Shown: in pieces, positions 55,871-64,000 of the stretch
How the letters are laid out: every line of letters starts with the position of its first letter
Position numbering within the stretch: the stretch's first letter is position 1
Assembly: GCA_964016885.1 (NCBI GenBank)
Contig: OZ024757.1
Location: 37,138,001 to 37,202,000, forward strand
DNA from: Eledone cirrhosa
Taxonomy: Eukaryota
Direction of reading: 5' to 3'
DNA: 64,000 bases
Translations under genes and position numbers: made by a program
Notes under the pieces: model-generated
What the model was told of the DNA's origin: nothing
The model's database searches: none
The model's input: only the letters and a program-made list of their open reading frames with translations

Positions 55871-56021
55871 ATATAGTTTAGGGATTGTAAGGTCAAGTTA
55901 CTGTTGCTTCACCAAAGTGAGCACTGGATGCGTAGTTTCCAGTAGGTAATTTGGTGTTGTACTAAGCAAAATATGATAATTTGACACCTTGTCTATACTT
56001 ATTAATATGTGTGTAAGAGAT

Positions 56022-56208
56022 TGGTGGATTGGTAGTATCGGTAGAGGGTCGGACGCCATGCCCTCTAGCATAGTTACGTCCCTTTACGATCTGAGTTCAA
56101 ATCCCGCCGAGGTTGACTTTGCCTTTCATCCTTACGGGGTCGATAAAATAAAGTACCAGTGAGGCACTGGGTAGTTGCTGGCCTTGTGCCTAAAGTAGAA
56201 ACAATTAA
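56022..56208 (+). mobile_element. tRNA-derived SINE with Meta(MESC)-like core, full-length with 21-bp TSD; about 20 copies in the window (e.g. 4833-5017(-), 7241-7410, 8721-8880, 10189-10392, 23445-23640, 33232-33420(-), 35218-35408(-), 39103-39310, 44560-44750, 46945-47152, 61508-61630)
   Basis: A-box-like tggtagtatcggtagag, B-box gagttcaaatcc, core gcctttcatccttacggggtcgataaaataaagtaccag; TSD attaatatgtgtgtaagagat at 56001-56021 and 56204-56224. Confidence 0.9.
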
Positions 56209-56439
56209 TATGTGTGTAAGAGATGTCAACATGAATGGACCTGTTATTTTTATCTAAAGACATTTTTTCCAATTCCAACCCGTCCATCCCCTCAATTTAT
56301 CTTATTTCTCATTCTTTCTTCTGGTGAAGGACTAGCGTCCGAAACGTTAAGACCATCTTCCTGCTATTTCAAGCGTTAACCTAATATGTCCCTTCCATAT
56401 ACAGTACCGATTGTGTTGTTATTTCTGTTTACCTTTTAC

Positions 56440-56479
<40 letters not shown>

Positions 56480-56485
56480 GTATAT

Positions 56486-56537
56486 ATCTGTCTGATGACC
56501 CTGTGAAAAGCAGGCGAAATTCCAGAGTAACAAGACT
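56486..56537 (+). ncRNA. Hammerhead ribozyme-like motif
   Basis: TGT-CTGATGA-CCCTG(TGAAAAG)CAGGC-GAA-ATTC(CA)GAGT-A-ACA, flanked by CA/TA microsatellite and followed by AATAAA. Confidence 0.6.
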
Positions 56538-56574
56538 CACTAGTAAGCCTTAATAAAGTGAATATATATATATA

Positions 56575-57420
56575 TATATAGGCCTGTGTTTTATCCTCTT
56601 TGCTGTATGCATCTGAGACTTGGGTCACTTACTAAATGCATCTCAAAAGGTTGGAGCACTTTCACCAATAGTCTCGTAGACATATACAGAACATCCACTG
56701 GAAAATGTATGTGAGTAAGTCCTCAAACGCAGTCAGTCTACTTGTAGAGTTTCTCATATTTCAGCATTGACTGTGATAGAGTGGTCATGTGGTGATAATG
56801 GATGATGATTGCATCACTAATCAGTTCTTGTACTGTGAGCTAGTCATATGTAAATGGCTGCCGCACAAACTGAAATTGAGGTACAAAGATTGCATTAAAA
56901 GCACATTGGGGGTGATGAAAGTATGAGAGAATCTCACTCTAGATTGCCTTTCCTGGAGGGAGGCAGTGCACGATGGGAGGGGAGAATTTGAAAGAAACCG
57001 AGTTAAGCATGAACAGCTCAAGCGGTGTGCTGGTAAGGGCCTTGAGGTCACTTAGCCATGGTATCATGGCATCCAGGTTGATTTAACCATTTACCATTTA
57101 CATTACTCTATAGTTACTATTGTATTTTCATGGTAAACCTCACATAATATCGAATATATGAGATTTTGATATTATTTATTTTGAGAACCATACCTTAACA
57201 TCAGTATGAGTGGCCAGTTACAGCCGGTTTGAACAGAAAGAGGTGAGAGAATTCTAGTCAGATACACCTATGCATAGTATCACATTTCTGTATGCAGGGA
57301 GTGTAAAAAAGAATGGGCCTTAGTTAGTGGACTGAAACGTGTTGTGAAAGGGCACCAAAGCAGAACCGGAATGCCTACTGCATGAGGTTCCCATTGTTGT
57401 CACATCTATGCAAAAGTGTG
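56575..57420 (+). mobile_element. Degenerate RTE-clade LINE ORF 3' part, interrupted by a MITE at 57082-57260
   Basis: Translates as RACVLSSLLYASETWVTY*..LEHFHQ..GHVVIMDDDCITNQFLYCEL..RYKDCIK..WREAVHDG, with a CxxC..H-like tail; contains stops. Confidence 0.8.
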
Positions 57421-57906
57421 TAGTTCCTAGTGGGACTAAAATGTCATGTCCATGTTGCACATCCTTAACCTTTTAACATTCACATTACTCTATATTTACG
57501 ATGATATTTTCACAGTAAAAGCTTTATCTCACATAATTACCTCACATAGTATCGAATCTACAAGATTTCGATATTATTTATTTCAAGAACAATACCTTAA
57601 CATCAGTATGAGTAGCCATTTATGGCCGGTTTGAACAGAAAGAGGTTTAAATACTAAAGGGTTAACAGGAGTGTCAAGTCATGGCATTGCTCAAAATTGA
57701 GTTGTGGCCATTATATATATAAATATATAGGAAAAGAGTCAGGACCCCGACGGCAGAGCTCAAGCCGTTTAGACTGCTATTTCTGTACTCAAATGCGTCA
57801 GAAATAGCCGTCGAAATGGCTTGAACTCTGCCATTGGGGTCTTGACTCTTTTCCTATTACACACTCTACTTCCCAAAGTATCGAGTACTTACCACACTTC
57901 CTTCGT

Positions 57907-57949
<43 letters not shown>

Positions 57950-58089
57950 ATACTTGGGGAGGGTCATATTTGTGTAATAATATTGCCAGAATTAATAACA
58001 GAACACACTCACTCAATAAATAAATAAATAAACAGACTAAATAAAGATGGCGTATGCATACAATAATACAACAGGAGGAAATATAATAG

Positions 58090-58135
58090 CACCACTGACG
58101 ATGTTGCAGATGTGCAACGAAAGAACTTTGTTAGA
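58090..58135 (+). ncRNA. Degenerate hammerhead-like motif inside an element bounded by inverted repeats
   Basis: CTGACGA-T-GTTGCA(GATG)TGCAAC-GAAAG; stems I and III poor; ~50-bp inverted repeats at about 57965-58012 and 58263-58312. Confidence 0.45.
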
Positions 58136-58529
58136 CTATATATATGTGTTTGTGTCTATATTATATCTGTATTTTTGACTGTTGGTCAGTCAATGGTAAC
58201 ATTGAGGACCGAATAAATTAAATTAACCGATATAAAAGACACAGAAACGAAAACCAACCAAACAGTGAATGTGTTCTGTTATTAATTCTGCCAATATTAT
58301 TACACAAATATGAGGTTAACTTTGCCTTTCATCCTTACAGGGTCGATAAAATAAAGTACCAGTAATGTACTGGGTAATTGCTGGCCTTGAGCCTAAAATA
58401 GAAACAATTATATATATATATATATATATATATTTAGATAGATAGATAGATATTTTAATGAATAACTAGTGATGAAACCAAGACTTCCTTGTAGCCTAAT
58501 TATTCCATTTACAGTTTACATTCCTTTAC

Positions 58530-60543
58530 CACAAAAATACCATAGTATATATAGAGTAATGTAAATGTGAGATATTATGTGAGGTAAAGCCTTTACTGTG
58601 ATAATACAATAGTATATATAGAGTAATGTAAATGTGAGATAATGTGAGGTAAAGCCTTTACTGTGATAATACAATAGTATATATAGAGTAATGTAAATGT
58701 GAGATATTATGTGAGGTAAAGCCTTTACTGTGATAATACAATAGTAAATATAGAGTAATGTAAATGTTGTGAGATAATATGTGAGGTAAAGCCTTTACTG
58801 TGATAATACAATAGTATATATAGAGTAATGTAAATGTGAGATAATGTGAGGTAAAGCCTTTACTGTGATAATACAATAGTATATATAGAGTAATGTAAAT
58901 GTTGTGAGATATTATGTGAGGTAAAGCCTTTACTGTGATAATACAATAGTATATATAGAGTAATGTAAATGTGAGATAATGTGAGGTAAAGCCTTTACTG
59001 TGATAATACAATAGTATATATAGAGTAATGTAAATGTGAGATATTATGTGAGGTAAAGCCTTTACTGTGATAATACAATAGTAAATATAGAGTAATGTAA
59101 ATGTTGTGAGATAATATGTGAGGTAAAGCCTTTACTGTGATAATACAATAGTATATATAGAGTAATGTAAATGTTATGTGAGATATTGTGAGGTAAAGCC
59201 TTTACTGTGATAATACAATAGTAAATATAGAGTAATGTAAATGTTGTGAGATAATATGTGAGGTAAAGCCTTTACTGTGATAGAGTAATGTAAATATTGT
59301 GAGATATTATGTGAGGTAAACATTTACTGTGATAATACAATAGTATATATAGAGTAATGTAAATGTTGTGAGATATTATGTGAGGTAAACCTTTACTGTG
59401 ATAATACAGTAGTATATATAGAGTAATGTAAATGTTGTGAGATATTATGTGAGGTAAAGCCTTTACTGTGATAATACAGTAGTATATATAGAGTAACGTA
59501 AATATTGTGAGATATTGTGTGAGGTAAAGCCTTTACTGTGATAACACAGTAGTATATATAGAGTAATGTAAATGTTGTGAGATATTATGGGGTAAACATT
59601 TACTGTGATAATACAGTAGTATATATAGAGTAATGTAAATGTTGTGAGATATTATGTGAGGTAAACATTTACTGTGAAAATACAGTAGTATATATAGAGT
59701 AATGTAAATGTTGTGAGATATTATGTGAGGTAAACATTTACTGTGAAAATACAGTAGTATATATAGAGTAATGTAAATGTTGTGAGATATTGTGTGAGGT
59801 AAAGCCTTTACTGTGATAATACAGTAGTATATATAGAGTAATGTAAATGTTGTGAGATATTATGTGAGGTAAACATTTACTGTGATAACACAGTAGTATA
59901 TATAGAGTAATGTAAATGTTGTGAGATATTGTGTGAGGTAAACCTTTACTGTGATAACACAGTAGTATATATAGAGTAATGTAAATGTTGTGAGATATTA
60001 TGTGAGGTAAACCTTTACTGTGATAACACAGTAGTATATATAGAGTAATGTAAATGTTGTGAGATATTGTGTGAGGTAAACCTTTACTGTGATAACACAG
60101 TAGTATATATAGAGTAATGTAAATGTTGTGAGATATTATGTGAGGTAAAGCCTTTACTGTGATAATACAGTAGTATATATAGAGTAATGTAAATGTGAGA
60201 TATTATGTGAGGTAAACATTTACTGTGATAACACAGTAGTATATATAGAGTAATGCAAATGTTGTGAGATATTGTGTGAGGTAAAGCCTTTACTGTGATA
60301 ATACAGTAGTATATATAGAGTAATGTAAATGTTGTGAGATATTGTGTGAGGTAAACCTTTACTGTGATAATACAGTAGTATATATAGAGTAATGTAAATG
60401 TTGTGAGATATTATGTGAGGTAAACATTTACTGTGATAACACAGTAGTATATATAGAGTAATGTAAATGTTGTGAGATATTATGTGAGGTAAACATTTAC
60501 TGTGATAACACAGTAGTATATATAGAGTAATGTAAAGGGTTAA
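58530..60543. repeat. 64-70-bp tandem array made from the MITE family 1 subterminal segment, about 30 copies
   Basis: Unit tagtatatatagagtaatgtaaatgttgtgagatattatgtgaggtaaagcctttactgtgataataca; ends in the TIR aaagggttaa. Confidence 0.95.
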
Positions 60544-61789
60544 GAGGAATTGGTGTAGTGTTGATCAGAGTTGTCAACCCAGTAACATAGGAGTTATTGT
60601 TAGTATCCCGGAAGAAGCTTCGAAAGGAATGTCGCAGAAGCGTCATTTATGAACACTGCTAGGCTTGGCTTTTGATATTGAAACGATATGGCATTGATTG
60701 GTTTTATTGATTAGGATTTATTGATTTTTTTTTGTTTTTTTTTTTATCATTTTTAATTTTTGATTTTCTTTCATGGTGAGAGGTTAAAAAAAACAACAAA
60801 AGAACCATTCGTCTTTTGTGTGAGTTAACAAGGGACGTGTTGAGGCCTTCAGTAGAAGGGGACTTGTTCTAAAAATATATTGCAGTCTCCATTTCATGCT
60901 GCAAAAAACTGGCAAGGGGCCTGCGACCTGTCCTGGGAGGTGTGGGATGGATGCTCAAAAATTGCATATCCCGAGACTCCAGATAAATTTTATTATGATA
61001 ATAATAATGAATACAGTGCTCAGGTGCACTACAACTCATTAAAGGTGCATGTATAGTACATAGAATAATGTAGAAATGTGAGGGAAGTGAACAGTGTATG
61101 AGTCATAATATACACACATATACACACTCACATACGTCTGTATGGACGGGGAATATCAACTGTTGTGTTGGCGAATTATATATATATGTATATGTATATA
61201 TGCATATATATATATATATACACATATATATCTGCATGGAGCCTGTGAATTGGTAAAATAATGAAAAATATAGATTGATACTATAATAATATTTAGAATA
61301 GCTACATTGTATTCCTGTGTTTCGTAAAAGGCAACTAATGTAAATTTTAATGGAAACACTCAGGATTTAAACATTTTTTTTAGGAATAAACATATCTATT
61401 AGAAATTTGAAATTTTGTTTCACAGTATCCAAACTGAATGTCTAATTTCTTCAATAATCTTAAAATTTCTGTCACACAAAAGAAAGACATTATTAGCTTG
61501 TATATATGGTCTGAGTTCAAATCCCGCTGAGGTTAACTTTGCCTTTCATCCTTACGGGGTCGATAAAATAAAGTACCAGTAATGTACTGGTGATTTGCTG
61601 GCCTTGTGCCAAAAGTAGAAACAATTATTAGCTTGTATATATATATGTGTCATTCTACCGTTGCTTGCTTTTTCATCTTACCCCTCCACTCTCATCTCTG
61701 CCCCCCCCCCCCCCCCCTCCCGCAGTCAGACCAAGTACACAATCAGAACCTTAATGTTGTAATGAGGTAGTAGTACTGGTGACGTAACT

Positions 61790-62850
61790 TACTCCTAGTC
61801 CACCCTGTAAAGAGAAATTGCCGGTGTTTTGACAAAAAGCATGCAGTCCATGCTGCAATATGGTAGTGCTGGCACCATGAGAAAACTCCCAGTCGATCAT
61901 GTTAGGTGGTTGTACTGGTATCATGTTGAAATACACCTAGTCCACCCTGTAAGGTGGTAATGCTGGTGCCATGACAAAAGCACTCAGTCCAGTCTGTAAG
62001 GTGGTAGTGCTGGTGTCATGTCAAACAGCACCCAGTCCACCCTGTAAGATGGTAGTGTTAGTGCCATGACAAAAAGCACCCAGTCCACCCTGTAAGGTGG
62101 TGGTGCTGGTGCCATGACAAAAGCACTCAGTCCAGTCTGTAAGGTGGTAGTGCTGGTGTCATGTCAAACAGCACCCAGTCCACCCTGTAAGATGGTAGTG
62201 TTAGTGCCATGACAAAAAGCACCCAGTCCACCCTGTAAGGTGGTGGTGCTGGTGCCATGACAAAAGCACTCAGTCCAGTCTGTAAGGTGGTAGTGCTGGT
62301 GTCATGTCAAACAGCACCCAGTCCACCCTGTAAGATGGTAGTGTTAGTGCCATGACAAAAAGCACCCAGTCCACCCTGTAAGGTGGTGGTGCTGGTGCCA
62401 TGACAAAAGCACTCAGTCCAGTCTGTAAGGTGGTAGTGCTGGTGTCATGTCAAACAGCACCCAGTCCACCCTGTAAGATGGTAGTGTTAGTGCCATGACA
62501 AAAAGCACCCAGTCCACCCTGTAAGGTGGTGGTGCTGGTGCCATGACAAAAGCACTCAGTCCAGTCTGTAAGGTGGTAGTGCTGGTGTCATGTCAAACAG
62601 CACCCAGTCCACCCTGTAAGATGGTAGTGTTAGTGCCATGACAAAAAGCACCCAGTCCACCCTGTAAGGTGGTGGTGCTGGTGCCATGACAAAAAGCACC
62701 CAGTCCACCCCGTAAGGTGGTAGTGTTAGTGCCATGAAAAAAAGCACCCTGTCCACTTTGTAAGGTGGTGGTGTTAGTGCCATGACAAAAAGCACCCAGT
62801 CCACCCAGTAAGGTGGTAGTGGTGCTGTCATGTCTGCACACACTGTAAAG
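61790..62850 (+). repeat. 47-48-bp minisatellite with a 143-bp higher-order period, derived from the V-SINE interior; degenerate relative at 5800-6065
   Basis: cactcagtccagtctgtaagg at 61981, 62124, 62267, 62410, 62553; runs directly into the SINE core. Confidence 0.95.
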
Positions 62851-63127
62851 TGGTTGGTATTAGGAAAGGCATCCGGCTATAGAAAACCAAACCCAAAACA
62901 GTCATGTGACTAAGATGTGGTCACCTGACCTGTCTAGCCTCATAATGTGATACTGTGACAGCCAGTTTAACCCATGCTAGCATAGAAAATAGACCTGAAG
63001 TATTGATGATATATATATATACACACAGTCCTATACCAGTGAGACATGGTCACCTGATCAATCTTGCATGAAGTGGGACAATTCCTGTCTAACTCATGCT
63101 AGCATGGAACAATGATCATGATGATGA

Positions 63128-63189
<62 letters not shown>

Positions 63190-63504
63190 GAAAGGTAGAG
63201 TTAATAACTCATGCTGAAACCCTGTAATTAACAAGCTCAAAGTATAAATACTGAGCATTATAACAATAATAATATAATTTTATTTTCATCATTCTGTCTG
63301 CTTCATGGTTAAATATTTCAAACAAATGTGGTTCTTCAACCCTCGTAATATTAAACACACGATTTACTGTGTTTATTACTACATATATTATTGTTATATA
63401 TATATACACATATATATGAATATAAATTTTTGAACCATTATATATATTGTATGTGTGTGTGTATATGTATGTGTATATAAGAAGAAGTGTGTATATGTTT
63501 ATCT

Positions 63505-63765
63505 ATATAAGAACAAATTAAAAGATGGTTAAAAAAGTTCTATGTATTTTATTATGCGCATTTCAAAAACAAATATCATCCAGGGACGATATTTGCGTTC
63601 TCATCAGATAAAATAGGGAGACATGATATGAAGCTTAAAAAAGACACTTGTGAGTAAGGTAGTGTCTAAACAACATATCCTCCCTGGATGATATTTGCTT
63701 TTGAAATGCGCATAATAAAATACATGGAACTTTTTTAACCATCTTTTAATTTCTTCTTATATATA
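63505..63765. mobile_element. Fold-back hammerhead element in TA tract
   Basis: 63505-63590 is the reverse complement of 63680-63765; full hammerhead on the minus arm, 5'-truncated copy on the plus arm. Confidence 0.75.
63545..63615 (-). ncRNA. Type I hammerhead ribozyme with palindromic stem III
   Basis: Minus strand TATTTTAT-CTGATGA-[long stem II]-GAA-ATGCGCAT-A-ATAAAATA: perfect 8-bp stem I, AUA triplet. Confidence 0.85.
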
Positions 63766-64000
63766 CTCCAGTCCAATAAACTGTTGAGTGCTACTTATCC
63801 GATATTTGCTTTGCTTTATTGTGCTACAATAAAACTCACATTATATATCTATCTCTATCTCTCTCTCTCTATATATATATATGCACATATATGTATATAT
63901 ATTTGCACACACATATATATATGTATATATACACATATATGTATATATATTTGCACACATATATATATATGTATATATGCACATATATGTATATATATTT

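Overview
Eukaryotic, very AT-rich DNA full of microsatellites. The SINE/MITE repertoire and (TA)n/(TATG)n load suggest an octopod cephalopod (inference). Two genes lie on the + strand: the 3' half of an epsin gene (six phase-compatible coding exons from 4556 to the stop at 24470, with two UIMs, DPW repeats, an LVNLD clathrin box and three NPF motifs) and the first coding exon of a ZDHHC9/14/18-type palmitoyltransferase (50258-50559). The rest is mostly tRNA-derived SINEs, TTAA-flanked piggyBac-like MITEs, RTE and CR1-like LINE remnants, and minisatellites amplified from pieces of these elements. The most striking signal is a dense set of short non-coding elements, mostly inside (TA)n tracts. 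They carry type I hammerhead ribozyme cores (CUGANGA...GAAA...NUH) of at least six sequence families. Many are fold-back palindromes, two families share a TACTC...GAGTA 3' stem-loop, and one has a retrozyme-like ~300-nt terminally redundant monomer. All structures were read by eye and repeat boundaries are approximate.
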